Numbered from the stretch's first letter, positions 9,807-19,613 are shown. The stretch: DNA of 64,000 bases from Candidatus Multivoradales bacterium (GCA_965248055.1 CBDFIJ010000004.1:1888001-1952000); one strand, 5' to 3'. Numbers and translations: made by a program. The notes: generated by a model from the sequence alone, not told the origin.

Positions 9807-12761
9807 TTAACCCTCAATCACGGCTTGTAATAATTCTGTCTCCACAGGTCGCCCTTCGAGTCGATCGAGGACCACCTCAGCTTCATCTTTGTGCCCAGAC
9901 TGTGCAGCGGCCACCGCGAAAACCAAGCTAGCTTCAAGATAGTCAACCTCTCTGCGATAGATGTCTTTGCGCAGAGCATCTCGGGCTGAGATTGGATCTC
10001 CACGATGAAGGGCCAGTTTCGCCTCCAGGATGCGAAAACGGAGGAAGCTCCGCTGGCGCCGACTTGCTACCTCTAGTGCTTGCTTGAGATGAACTGCTGC
10101 AGAAGCAGTTTGTCCTTGCTTCAAATCGAGGCGGCAAAGCTCCCTATGGGCACGGGAGTCATAGGTCTCCTGTTCATTCTTGAGGCGGAGTTTAGGAAGG
10201 TCCTCCTCTCCTTCGTAGGCTGCGCTGGACAACATCTTGTTAAACGCTTGGCGAGCAAATGCTTCCTCTCCTTGACCAAGCGCATCCAAGCCGATATGAA
10301 GCTGTTTTCGTTTCGGGTAGTCGCCCAAATCTCTGGTCAAGGCGAAGACTTCATCTACTGGATCGATCAATAGCTTGGTCGGTTCTTGTTCCAGTTCATA
10401 GTCGATCTCCATGGTCTCGGCGGCCAAAGTCACCAGACCTCCCCGGTATTCGTATCCTTTGCCGTCTTCGTTCTTTCCGCCTTTCTTCTTACCTTCCTTC
10501 TTGCTTCCCGCAAGCACAACCCGGATTGGCACATAAATGGTGGCGTCTTGAGATTCGACCTCCCTTGACACAACGCGTTGCACATCCAACCGTCCTTGAC
10601 CAACATCCACAACCTCATATCGGTAATCAATCGATGAACGACGGGAAAGCTGGCCTTGCAGCCTCCATTTTCCTTTGCCGACTTCCTCGATCGAATATTC
10701 GTATTCAATTGAGGGCACACCTGTGCGATATACAAACTGATCGGCAAACTCGCTGAAGTCCCGTTGGACAATTTTTCCCATCGCAACGATGAACGTCTCC
10801 GTTGACAGGGTCAGATTTCGTTCATCGACATACTGGATCAAGATCCGAAGAGCCTCCAGAAACTGTTCTTCCGTAATGCTGCTCGCCAGCATTCCTAATA
10901 CAAGGGCGCCTTTTCGATAAACAATCGGCTCGTAGGCACTTGTTTTACTGGAATTCAAACGCGGCCCCATGACCAGCGGTCCTACTTCTTCGACCGTAGT
11001 TCCGTCGTCAAGAACTCTGGTCAAAGCCCTCCGCCAACCACTGGTCGGATCCCAGCCAAAACGCAAATCCGTCACCTTCTCTCGTATGTACAGCTTCGCG
11101 GCATAGTTTGCCATTGCTTCTGTTACCCAAGTGTCGCGATAACTTTCGAACGACACCACATGTCCCCACCACTGGTGAGCAATCTCGTGCGCAACAATTC
11201 CGCGCGGATCTTCCAAGCCAAATAACAAAGCAGACCATCCGTTGTCGGTGATCATCAACGAAGACAGCGTGACAAACCCCGGAAGCGATTGGGAAAAATC
11301 TCGACTGGTAGTGACAATCGTCAAGTTCTCGTAGGGATAGTCACCGAATGCGTCGACAAAAAACTTCAGGGACTCTTGAACGGCATCAAAGAGATCTTGA
11401 CGGCTTTCTTTACTCGCAAATACACGTCCTTCCGGGTCAGACGCAAAGGTGACCGGGATCCCTTCGACTACCGCCGTCTCTGTCTTGAATCGGCCAATTT
11501 CAAATCCAAAGGCTTTGCTCGGCCTGGTTAACTCCCGGCGCTCCCAGCGTTGTCCATTGGTCACTCCTTCACCGACCCGAACCCCCGATGCAAGCAAATC
11601 CAGCCGCTCAGGCCATCGAAAGGTGACATCAAATGTGGAACTGTCGAAGAATCCTGTATTTGGGTACCAGCCTGTGGTATCCATCAACGCTCTTGAAGAC
11701 CCATCTTTGTAGATCAACTGCCCCCCATAGCTCACGGTGATACTTGTTGACTCGCCAGCTTCCAGGGTCTCAGGTAAGAAAACCAACAGCTCTCCGTTCT
11801 CAATGGAATGTTCAAGTTTCTGCTCGCCAAGGCTCGCCGACGTAACCAACAAATCCGAATGCATCGTCAATCGCACAGCGGAGCTTCGATGTTGAGCCCG
11901 TAAGGTCACAGTTGCTTTCGCGTTGATCTCACGCCCTCCTGGAAGAACTTCCAACTCGATCTGATAGTGATCGGGTGCAAAGGTACGGCGTCCGGCTCGA
12001 TTAGCTTCTTGCCCTCCATGGTGAGCCGACAGCCAGGTATCGAACCTGCCGATTTGGTCAACGTTGGTGCCGATCAGACGGCCTCTTCTTTGCTCACTAT
12101 GGAGGGAGCGTTGAATTTTCTTTCTCTCTTTTTCCGTCAGCTCTGTGTATACAAACTGACCGAGGATGGCTTGCTCAAACGCCTCCGGGTCGACCAAGTA
12201 AATGAACCGACCTCGCTCTTCACTTTCGATCCACGCACAAACGTATCCTTCGTAAACAGGATCCTGATACAAATCTCTCAGGATCGCTCCTTGCACGCCG
12301 AGTACTCTTCTTTCCGCGGATTCGATCCATTCTTTGTAGGTACTGCTCGCCTTTGCTTGATCTTCGTCGCTGGCAGTTGCCTGTGAACGAGCTTGGATCG
12401 CTTCCAGCGCTTGATTGTTGGTTATGACCAGAACAGCTGTCTCAACCAATTCTGCTAAACGAGGTTCGTCAATAAAAAACTCAAGCTGATCTCGCTCAGC
12501 CTCATTGGGCGGATCCAGGGTTATCCGGCCAGAGCCTACAAAAACAAACTCTCGGGATTGCCCGTCAATTGGGGCTGCTGCGAATAACACGCCTTCTTCA
12601 ATCCGCAGGGTCGCGAGGCCAAGTTCAAGGCCGAGGCCATTCGCGTCGATAACCGCGTCTGCAAGGACTGCGGAAGTTAGGTCTCGGTTGTATTGATCAA
12701 TGCGTCCCTCGGCTCCTAATGGCGCAGCCGCGAGAACACAACAAAGAAAAAGTCTTCGCAC
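9807..12761 (-). CDS. Secreted M1-family zinc aminopeptidase-like protein with C-terminal TPR-like region
   Basis: HEIAHQWWG...WVTEAMANY, VYRKGALVL; GTG start with GGAGG RBS and signal peptide. Confidence 0.82.
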   Translation of the reverse strand: MRRLFLCCVLAAAPLGAEGRIDQYNRDLTSAVLADAVIDANGLGLELGLATLRIEEGVLFAAAPIDGQSREFVFVGSGRITLDPPNEAERDQLEFFIDEPRLAELVETAVLVITNNQALEAIQARSQATASDEDQAKASSTYKEWIESAERRVLGVQGAILRDLYQDPVYEGYVCAWIESEERGRFIYLVDPEAFEQAILGQFVYTELTEKERKKIQRSLHSEQRRGRLIGTNVDQIGRFDTWLSAHHGGQEANRAGRRTFAPDHYQIELEVLPGGREINAKATVTLRAQHRSSAVRLTMHSDLLVTSASLGEQKLEHSIENGELLVFLPETLEAGESTSITVSYGGQLIYKDGSSRALMDTTGWYPNTGFFDSSTFDVTFRWPERLDLLASGVRVGEGVTNGQRWERRELTRPSKAFGFEIGRFKTETAVVEGIPVTFASDPEGRVFASKESRQDLFDAVQESLKFFVDAFGDYPYENLTIVTTSRDFSQSLPGFVTLSSLMITDNGWSALLFGLEDPRGIVAHEIAHQWWGHVVSFESYRDTWVTEAMANYAAKLYIREKVTDLRFGWDPTSGWRRALTRVLDDGTTVEEVGPLVMGPRLNSSKTSAYEPIVYRKGALVLGMLASSITEEQFLEALRILIQYVDERNLTLSTETFIVAMGKIVQRDFSEFADQFVYRTGVPSIEYEYSIEEVGKGKWRLQGQLSRRSSIDYRYEVVDVGQGRLDVQRVVSREVESQDATIYVPIRVVLAGSKKEGKKKGGKNEDGKGYEYRGGLVTLAAETMEIDYELEQEPTKLLIDPVDEVFALTRDLGDYPKRKQLHIGLDALGQGEEAFARQAFNKMLSSAAYEGEEDLPKLRLKNEQETYDSRAHRELCRLDLKQGQTASAAVHLKQALEVASRRQRSFLRFRILEAKLALHRGDPISARDALRKDIYRREVDYLEASLVFAVAAAQSGHKDEAEVVLDRLEGRPVETELLQAVIEG

Positions 12762-12857
12762 TTGACCTCCCCCAGAAGTCGAACCCGTCCAGAACTTAGC
12801 TAGTATATGGTCACAAATCTTACCCATACGCTAGGATCGAGCCAAGGAGGTCCTTCA

Positions 12858-13307
12858 ATGAACTGGAAACTAGTTGCCCTTGGTGGTCTGACCTTTTGGT
12901 TGGTCACCAACTTAATGAGTTTCGCTACCGGCCCAGTAATCCACGAAGGCGTGCTCGACCCCATCTATCGAGCAAACGAAGCATTCTGGGTTCCAGCGCT
13001 GAATCAAGACCCGCCCGATATGGCGGCGATGATGCCGATCTGGCTCCGCAACTCTCTGGTCAGTAGTCTGGTGTTCGCAGCGATTTATGGCTTGGTTGGA
13101 TCTGCGTTGGGCAGCCCCGGTTGGCGCCGCGGCTTGACCTTCGGCTTGATTTTGGCGGCTATCGCAGCATCCACCTATCTCAACTTTAGCGGGCTGTTTA
13201 ACCTGCCAGCGAATATGTGGCTATGGTGGAGTATTGAAGCGGTGGTTATCTTTGCTATCGGCGGCGCCGCGATGGGCTGGGTCGGAAAAAGATTCTGCAA
13301 CGCTTGA
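12858..13307 (+). CDS. Hypothetical 4-TM membrane protein
   Basis: RBS AAGGAGG before ATG 12858; four hydrophobic segments. Confidence 0.7.
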   Translation: MNWKLVALGGLTFWLVTNLMSFATGPVIHEGVLDPIYRANEAFWVPALNQDPPDMAAMMPIWLRNSLVSSLVFAAIYGLVGSALGSPGWRRGLTFGLILAAIAASTYLNFSGLFNLPANMWLWWSIEAVVIFAIGGAAMGWVGKRFCNA

Positions 13308-13753
13308 TCGGATACCTAATCGCAACGTTTGCGGTTCTTTTTGTCGCCTTTGTCGCGTCACTGTTTGTCCGGGCCCGCGGGTCGTTGGATGCCAAGATCA
13401 CCGATCGCTTTGCCCCTTGTCCAGACAGCCCCAATTGCGTTTCCTCGATAGCGACGGACATTCAGCATCGGATCGAGCCCTTGCATTCCTCTGGTGACCC
13501 GGAGTCCGCTTGGCAGCATCTAAAGGAAACCGTCGCCAAGATACCGCGGACAGTGATCGTGGTTGATGAAGAGCACTATTTGGCCGCGGAATGCCGTAGC
13601 CGTGTCTTCGGTTTTATCGACGATCTCGAACTGTCTCTAAACCCGGGCGACGGTCGCATCGAGGTACGGTCCGCAGCCCGTACTGGCCATTCAGATCTGG
13701 GGGTTAACCGAAAGCGGGTCGAAGAATTGCGTCGAGTATCCAACCAGCCCTAA
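13304..13753 (+). CDS. DUF1499 family protein
   Basis: PCPDSPNCVSS, FGFIDDLE, RSAARTGHSDLGVNRKRVE. Confidence 0.88.
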   Translation: MIGYLIATFAVLFVAFVASLFVRARGSLDAKITDRFAPCPDSPNCVSSIATDIQHRIEPLHSSGDPESAWQHLKETVAKIPRTVIVVDEEHYLAAECRSRVFGFIDDLELSLNPGDGRIEVRSAARTGHSDLGVNRKRVEELRRVSNQP

Positions 13754-13786
13754 ATCCGATCGAGACGTTCCGATCCGGTCAGCCCC

Positions 13787-13818
13787 TTGACCCCGTACTT
13801 AGGTACGGGGTTTATCGT
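13787..13818 (+). promoter_or_regulatory. MerR-type operator/promoter
   Basis: -35 TTGACC, 20-bp spacer, -10 TATCGT; dyad ACCCCGTAC-TTAG-GTACGGGGT with the mer operator core CCGTAC-N4-GTACGG. Confidence 0.88.
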
Positions 13819-14232
13819 ATGACTGTGAATAGATTTTCCATCGGGCAACTAGCTGCACAAGCGAATATCGGGGTCGAGACGGTGCGGTTCTACGAACGAC
13901 GTGGCCTGCTACCGGAACCACCGCGCACCGCAGCGGGTTACCGAAGCTATCGCCCGGAAACCGTTCGGCGAGTGCGATTCATTCGCCGGGCCAAAGACCT
14001 CGGTTTCACCTTGAGAGAGATCAACTCGCTTTTGGAACTCGGAACCAGTACCGCAGTTTGCGCCGACGTACAGGACCAGATTCATTCGAAGCTGCTGGAT
14101 GTTGGAGCTCGGATTCGCGACCTAAAACAGATCGAGCGCAAGCTAAGAGCGCTAGAGCTCGCGTGCCTCAACACCGACACAAACGGCCCTTGCCCTTCTT
14201 TGGAGCATATTTGGGGGTTCGATGCCGAGTAA
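13819..14232 (+). CDS. merR: Hg(II)-type MerR transcriptional regulator (true start may be GTG 13825)
   Basis: HTH IGQLA..VETVRFYERRGLL; Cys81/116/125 have the same spacing as Tn501 MerR C82/C117/C126. Confidence 0.85.
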   Translation: MTVNRFSIGQLAAQANIGVETVRFYERRGLLPEPPRTAAGYRSYRPETVRRVRFIRRAKDLGFTLREINSLLELGTSTAVCADVQDQIHSKLLDVGARIRDLKQIERKLRALELACLNTDTNGPCPSLEHIWGFDAE

Positions 14233-14758
14233 CGACAGTTCCATACCACCCTCGGGTATTGCCGGACGGATCGGTAAATTTGTAGTTGGCGCTATCCAGG
14301 TCTACTACGCAAGCTTCTTCATTGCCCACTTTCGCGCCTTGACCACACCTTCTCTGCATCGCGGACTGTGGTTGTTTGTTGTAACCGGCCTCTGGCTGAT
14401 TCCTTTTATCTTTAACTTGGGATTTGTGCGGCTGCGGCGAGATGGCAGGCGCTTTCTTTGGGTGGTCCTGGCTGTGACCTTGATCCTGGTGGTTTGGGAC
14501 GCCCGGACTCGTAGCCTCCCTTGGGGGCCGTCCTCGGCATCTTGGATCTTGGCGGTCACCATTTACGCTCACTTGCACGTCGGCTTGAGCCACATCTTTT
14601 CCTCGATCAGTGGACTGCGCGGATGCGAAATGAGGGTGATTCCTTACTACCTATCAAGGTTTCTCAAGCGCCCTGGCTCTCCAATCTTGGCCTTATGTCC
14701 AGGGATGTGGACCCCCCTCGATCGCTGGGAAGCGGAGAAGCGCGGTCTCGATGATTGA
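14222..14758 (+). CDS. Hypothetical membrane protein with GCE and LCP cysteine motifs
   Basis: About 4 TM segments; GLRGCEMRVIP, LCPGMWTPLD; overlaps the merR end. Confidence 0.65.
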   Translation: MPSNDSSIPPSGIAGRIGKFVVGAIQVYYASFFIAHFRALTTPSLHRGLWLFVVTGLWLIPFIFNLGFVRLRRDGRRFLWVVLAVTLILVVWDARTRSLPWGPSSASWILAVTIYAHLHVGLSHIFSSISGLRGCEMRVIPYYLSRFLKRPGSPILALCPGMWTPLDRWEAEKRGLDD

Positions 14759-15200
14759 ACCCTGTTGCCCAGATCCAATCACTGGCCCCAACCTTTGTCC
14801 GCTCTCTAGTTGCGAGGGACAATCGGTGCAGTGGAATACTTTCGCCTCAATGATTCTGGGGCCGCTTCCCCCTCGGCAAGCGGTCTATTTGTGCCTGGAT
14901 ACAGAATGTAGCGTGGTCTATTTCGGTGACCAAGGGATGCAGGCTCACAGGAATGAAATAAGAACCATCCCTAATTTCAAGGTCGGCGGTTCCGATCTCG
15001 CTTGTTTCTGCTTCTTACACGATAGTGAGCGAATTAGACGGGAAGTTGAGGATCTAGGGGCTAGTCCAACCGCTGAGTCCATTCGTCGGGCGGTTGAAGA
15101 CAAGAACTGCGCTTGCGAAGTACACAATCCGTCAGGTCGATGTTGTTTACCGGAGGTATCCAAACTGATTGAGCGCGTAACAAATGGAGATAATCAATGA
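14751..15200 (+). CDS. Cys-rich metal-binding protein resembling the CopZ N-terminal Zn/[2Fe-2S] domain
   Basis: CP..C, YLCLDTECSVVYF, CFCF, CACEVHNPSGRCC. Confidence 0.82.
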   Translation: MIEPCCPDPITGPNLCPLSSCEGQSVQWNTFASMILGPLPPRQAVYLCLDTECSVVYFGDQGMQAHRNEIRTIPNFKVGGSDLACFCFLHDSERIRREVEDLGASPTAESIRRAVEDKNCACEVHNPSGRCCLPEVSKLIERVTNGDNQ

Positions 15201-15301
15201 AAACAATAACTCTCATCTGCGGCGGTCTCTGCGCCCTCTGTTGTCTGGCGACCACTGTGCTGATTTTCGCTTGGGTGTTGGGTGTACTGCTATGGAACTA
15301 G
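15197..15301 (+). CDS. 34-aa hydrophobic Cys-rich peptide (MKTITLICGGLCALCCLATTVLIFAWVLGVLLWN)
   Basis: ATGA overlap with upstream stop, GGAGA RBS; fills the gap before merT; below ORF-track size cutoff. Confidence 0.5.
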   Translation: MKTITLICGGLCALCCLATTVLIFAWVLGVLLWN

Positions 15302-15305
15302 CGTC

Positions 15306-15677
15306 TTGAGCCAACAAAGACCCATCCGCAGTTGGACCGCGGCGGCGACGGGTGCAGGGGGCGCAGGACTCGCAGTCGCAGCAACCGCTTGTTGCGTGCC
15401 AGTCATTGCGCCATTGTTGGTCAGCATTCTTGGGGTAAGCGGGGCCGTTTGGGCGGCCGGACTAAAACCGTACAGTTGGATCATTCTTGGGGTTGCTGCA
15501 CTTTTTCTTGGCTACGGTTTTTGGACCGTCTACCGTCCCCGCAAAGACACCGGCCAAGCCTGCCCTGTTGAGCGCCCACGAATGCTTCGATGGGTCCTTT
15601 GGGGCGCCCTGTTGTTGTGGTTGTTGGCGCTCTCTCTCAATGTTCTCCAACTTGTGGCTGTGAGGTGGCCGTCATGA
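15306..15677 (+). CDS. merT: MerT-family mercuric ion transporter
   Basis: TM1 with ACCVP pair, LKPYSW, cytoplasmic ACPV, three TM segments; probable TTG start. Confidence 0.75.
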   Translation: MSQQRPIRSWTAAATGAGGAGLAVAATACCVPVIAPLLVSILGVSGAVWAAGLKPYSWIILGVAALFLGYGFWTVYRPRKDTGQACPVERPRMLRWVLWGALLLWLLALSLNVLQLVAVRWPS

Positions 15678-16279
15678 GAATCATACGACTGAAGTCGATC
15701 GTAGCTTTGATCGTTTTGGCTATTGGCTCGGTTTGGGCGATTTTCGCCCTGCAACCCGAGCCACCTATCGACGCCTATGCTGTATTGAACGAGGACCTTG
15801 AGCCCTTCATCTCAGACTTCAACTCCGCTTCGGATGGAGTGCGGGCTGTGCTCTTGGTCGGCCCCACGTGAGGTGTCTGTCTTCGGGGGGTCTCCGAAGT
15901 TCGTCAAGCGTTTGAATCTCGCGGGTTGTCCGATGTCAAGGTATTCCTCATCTCTTCCAGTCAACTGTCCGCACAAGAAAAGAACATACGCAACGTCATC
16001 AAACTGTGGAGTGACACCAACGTCCATCACTACTGGGACGGGAATCGTCGAGTTGGCTCTGTGATCCAGCCCTTCATCGATGGGCTGCAAGGTCCGGCCT
16101 GGGATGTTTGGCTGGTCTATGGTCCCGGGACCACCTGGGACAAACTTGCGCCTCAACCGGATTGGTGGGAGCACCAACTCAGCAAGTTAGACGCTTCCTA
16201 TGCTGACCGTCGTCTGGATGCGACGAGGTTCGCGACCAAGGTCACCGAGATAGGCACCACAGAAACCACGCACGAGTGA
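15674..16279 (+). CDS. Membrane-anchored thioredoxin-like selenoprotein (201 aa, Sec66, PT-U-GV-C)
   Basis: ORFs 15590-15871 and 15926-16279 are in one frame joined through TGA 15869-15871, giving UxxC; SECIS-like hairpin follows; ATGA overlap with merT. Confidence 0.85.
15881..15899 (+). promoter_or_regulatory. Putative bacterial SECIS element
   Basis: CTTCGGG-GGGTC-TCCGAAG hairpin starting 10 nt after the UGA; shares GGTCT with the fdh SECIS. Confidence 0.7.
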
Positions 16280-16354
16280 AGCCACTAGTACCTGCCTGGA
16301 CATCTTCGCTGCGTTGTCTGGCGAGTACCCCGTGCTGGTGGTCATAATCATAGG

Positions 16355-17266
16355 GTGCCAGAACTCCCTGATATCGAGGCCTACTGCGCGGCACTTGAAA
16401 CCCGCCTGGTGGGAACCAGTCTCGCTTCGGTTCGCCTCGGCAGCCCCTTCCTGCTCCGCAGTGTCAACCCGCCGCTGACGGCGGCTTCTAACCGGTCCGT
16501 TGGTGGCGTCAAACGATTGGGCAAGCGCATCGTCTTCGGTCTTGAGAATGACCTGTTTCTAGTCCTCCATCTGATGATTGCCGGTCGACTCAAGTGGTTC
16601 GACCTGAGCGACACACTTCCCTCGATTGGCGGGCGCAATAGCCTAGCGAGCTTTGACTTTTCCTCGGGTTCGCTCCTGTTGACCGAGGCATCCAAAAAGA
16701 AAAGAGCCTCTCTACACCTGATCGAGGGGGAAGAGAACCTGGCAACCCACAACCCTGGGGGACTGGAGATCTTGGACTCAACTTTGGGTCAATTTCGTGA
16801 TCGCTTGCTTTCGACCAACCACACCCTCAAGCGGTCTCTTACCGACCCGCGGTTGTTCTCTGGGATTGGCAACGCCTATTCGGACGAAATTCTCCACGCT
16901 GCAGAACTTTCCCCGATTGTCTGGACCTCCCGATTGAGTGAGGAGGACCTCGATCGCCTGTTTACCGCGGCGGTATCCACTCTTTCCATTTGGCGAGATC
17001 GTTTGGTCGCGGAAGCGATCGAGACTTTTCCCAAGAAGGTGACCGCCTTTCGCCCGGAGATGGCAGCCCACGGCAAGTTCGGTCAACCTTGTCCTCGCTG
17101 TGACCACCCGATCCAACGCATCGTCTACGCCGCCAACGAGACCAACTATTGCGCTCACTGCCAAACCAAAGGCAAAATCCTCGCGGACCGCGCCCTGTCG
17201 CGGTTACTGAAGGACGATTGGCCACGAACGCTGGAAGAACTCGAAGCGAATCACGACCAAACGTAA
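16355..17266 (+). CDS. Fpg/Nei family DNA glycosylase
   Basis: N-terminal PELPDIE, HLMIAG, GIGNAYSDEIL, zinc finger CPRC..CAHCQ. Confidence 0.9.
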   Translation: MPELPDIEAYCAALETRLVGTSLASVRLGSPFLLRSVNPPLTAASNRSVGGVKRLGKRIVFGLENDLFLVLHLMIAGRLKWFDLSDTLPSIGGRNSLASFDFSSGSLLLTEASKKKRASLHLIEGEENLATHNPGGLEILDSTLGQFRDRLLSTNHTLKRSLTDPRLFSGIGNAYSDEILHAAELSPIVWTSRLSEEDLDRLFTAAVSTLSIWRDRLVAEAIETFPKKVTAFRPEMAAHGKFGQPCPRCDHPIQRIVYAANETNYCAHCQTKGKILADRALSRLLKDDWPRTLEELEANHDQT

Positions 17267-17275
17267 TTTACAAAT

Positions 17276-17339
17276 GGGGACACGATCTTTATCGTGTCCC
17301 CTCTTTCTTGCTTGGGGACACAATCCTTATCGTGTCCCC
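17276..17339. repeat. Tandem pair of REP-like palindromes
   Basis: GGGGACACGAT-CTTT-ATCGTGTCCCC (17276-17301) and GGGGACACAAT-CCTT-ATCGTGTCCCC (17314-17339). Confidence 0.8.
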
Positions 17340-19613
17340 TCTTATCAAGGCGGCGAACTCATCCGGATCGGTCGTCGGTCGCTTGCAGGCTCCAGCCTGG
17401 CAAACATAAGCGGTGGGCTGTCCGTCGATCGCATACTTTCCTTCTAGGACTGGAAAGATCTTGGTCTGACGCTCAAGGTCGCTTCCTTCAATCGCTTGCA
17501 GGGTGACCAAATTAGGCCGGAAGGTCGAACGCAAGACCGCCTGGAACGGGGCTAGTTCGGCTAACTCGGTGGCTGCGACCAAGACAATCTCTTTGGGTTG
17601 TGCGTGGCGAAAGTCGAGCGCCAGCAGCAACTCCGCCAAAGCCGTCGGTGATTGCTCTAGACGTCCTCCCAGTGCGGTGAATAGCTCGTCGGCTCGTTTG
17701 CGAAAGCGATCCTTGCCGGTCATCTCGGACCATCTCAAGAGGTTCATCGCGGCAATCGAGTTACCGCTAGGCTCGGCGCCGTCGTAGGCCGGTTTCTCGC
17801 GAGCTAGCAATTGCTCACCGTCATCAGCAGTCAGGAAATAGCCCCCGCTAGCATCCCAGTAATGGTCGTCAAGTACTGCTTGCAGCGCTGCTGCATGCTC
17901 AGCCCAGGCACTATTTCCACTCGCCTCGTAGAGATCCAGTAGCCCGGCAATCAAAAATGCATAATCGTCCAGCACTGCAGCGCCCCGCACTTGCCCGTTG
18001 CGAAAAACTCGATACAGACGATCATCCAGGATCATTTTCTCGGTCAGAAACTCTGCCGCACGCTGCGCCCGGGATACCAGCTCCGGTCGGTTGAGTGCCC
18101 GACCGGCACCAGCAAAGGCAGATATCGCCAGTCCATTCCACGAGGTTAGAACCTTGTCATCGAGTAACGGCGCGGGTCGCAGGGCCCGAATCTGGCGTAG
18201 TCGCTCGCGAAGCTCAAGATTTTGGTCTAGAACCCCAGGACGATTAGCGGAAAGGTGAAGTATAGAGCGCCCGTCCAAGTGTCCCGCCTCAACCACATTG
18301 TACGCCTTAGTTAAGTCTTTCGCCGATTCCGCTCCTAGGTGTTTTACTAGTTCCTCAGGGGTCCAGGTGAAAAACCAGCCCTCTTCCATTTCCCCTTCTG
18401 AGTTGCGGCTGTCCGCATCGGTGGCGGAGAAAAACCCTCCTTCTGGGGAAGACATATCGCGATCCAGGTAGTTCAAGACATCCAGAGCAACCACCGACAG
18501 TCCACCCCTAGCTTCTGAACCGGTCGCTTGCTGTGCCTCTACATAGGCCGGAACCAGCAACGCGTTGTCGTAGAGCATCTTTTCAAAATGCGGTACCAAC
18601 CATTTACGATCGGTTGAGTAGCGGTGAAAACCTCCCCCCAGCTGATCGTACATTCCGCCGGAAGCCATCGCATGTAGGGTGTGGGTCGCCATTTCTAGGT
18701 AGGAGTGCTCGGACTGCCGCTGGGCGACCCGAAGCATCAACCGCGCCGGAAGATGGCTGGGAAACTTGGGTGATTGGTTTAGGCCGCCGAGTTGGTGGTC
18801 ATAGCGCCCAGCATAGGAAGCCGCCGCAGTATCAATGACCTCAACACCGGGAATCTCTTCGACCCGCGGTCCTAGTTCTCCCAGCATCGCTCGAATTCTC
18901 TCGACCAAGGAATTGGAAACCTGATCCACTCGGTCCGGTTGGTCAGCATAGGCGTCTTTCAATAGCCCGAGCTGGGTTAAAAAGCCATGACGGGTACCAC
19001 GATCTCCATCGCGAGCCGGAATGTAGGTCGCAGCGTGGAACGGCTTGCCATCGGGGGTCAGCCACACCGTCATCGGCCAGCCGCCACCGCCGATCATCGC
19101 TTGCACTGCGGTCATATATAGAGAGTCCACGTCTGGCCGTTCTTCGCGATCCACCTTGATCGCCACGTAGTGCTGGTTTAGAAACTCGGCGATCTCCAAG
19201 TCTTCAAATGACTCCTCTTCCATCACGTGACACCAGTGACAGGTCGAGTATCCGATCGAAAGCAAGACCGGCCGATTGAGCTCTCGCGCGGTCTCGAAAG
19301 CCTCTTCGCTCCAGGGATACCAATTGACCGGATTGTGCGCGTGCTGCAGTAGATACGGGCTCGCCTCAAGAATTAACCGATTGGTGAATCGAGCGGAGCC
19401 GTCTTTTTTCAGATGGTGTGTGCGTGGACGATAGTCGACCCTTTGATCCTCAACCCCTTTAGCCAACTCTTTGGTCAGAGCAGGCGAATAGGCTTCGGTT
19501 CCTGGGTGGGTTTCGGTCATCGATAACTCCTGTGCACACGAAGCACCGGCAAACAGAACACTTCCAGCGGCGAGAATTGAGCACCAGCGCGCCAAGAGAA
19601 CTGTTTTCGTCAC
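17289..19613 (-). CDS. YyaL/SSP411 family thioredoxin-domain protein (DUF255)
   Basis: [44 protein letters not shown]; start uncertain. Confidence 0.9.
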   Translation of the reverse strand: MTKTVLLARWCSILAAGSVLFAGASCAQELSMTETHPGTEAYSPALTKELAKGVEDQRVDYRPRTHHLKKDGSARFTNRLILEASPYLLQHAHNPVNWYPWSEEAFETARELNRPVLLSIGYSTCHWCHVMEEESFEDLEIAEFLNQHYVAIKVDREERPDVDSLYMTAVQAMIGGGGWPMTVWLTPDGKPFHAATYIPARDGDRGTRHGFLTQLGLLKDAYADQPDRVDQVSNSLVERIRAMLGELGPRVEEIPGVEVIDTAAASYAGRYDHQLGGLNQSPKFPSHLPARLMLRVAQRQSEHSYLEMATHTLHAMASGGMYDQLGGGFHRYSTDRKWLVPHFEKMLYDNALLVPAYVEAQQATGSEARGGLSVVALDVLNYLDRDMSSPEGGFFSATDADSRNSEGEMEEGWFFTWTPEELVKHLGAESAKDLTKAYNVVEAGHLDGRSILHLSANRPGVLDQNLELRERLRQIRALRPAPLLDDKVLTSWNGLAISAFAGAGRALNRPELVSRAQRAAEFLTEKMILDDRLYRVFRNGQVRGAAVLDDYAFLIAGLLDLYEASGNSAWAEHAAALQAVLDDHYWDASGGYFLTADDGEQLLAREKPAYDGAEPSGNSIAAMNLLRWSEMTGKDRFRKRADELFTALGGRLEQSPTALAELLLALDFRHAQPKEIVLVAATELAELAPFQAVLRSTFRPNLVTLQAIEGSDLERQTKIFPVLEGKYAIDGQPTAYVCQAGACKRPTTDPDEFAALIRGDTIRIVSPSKKEGTR

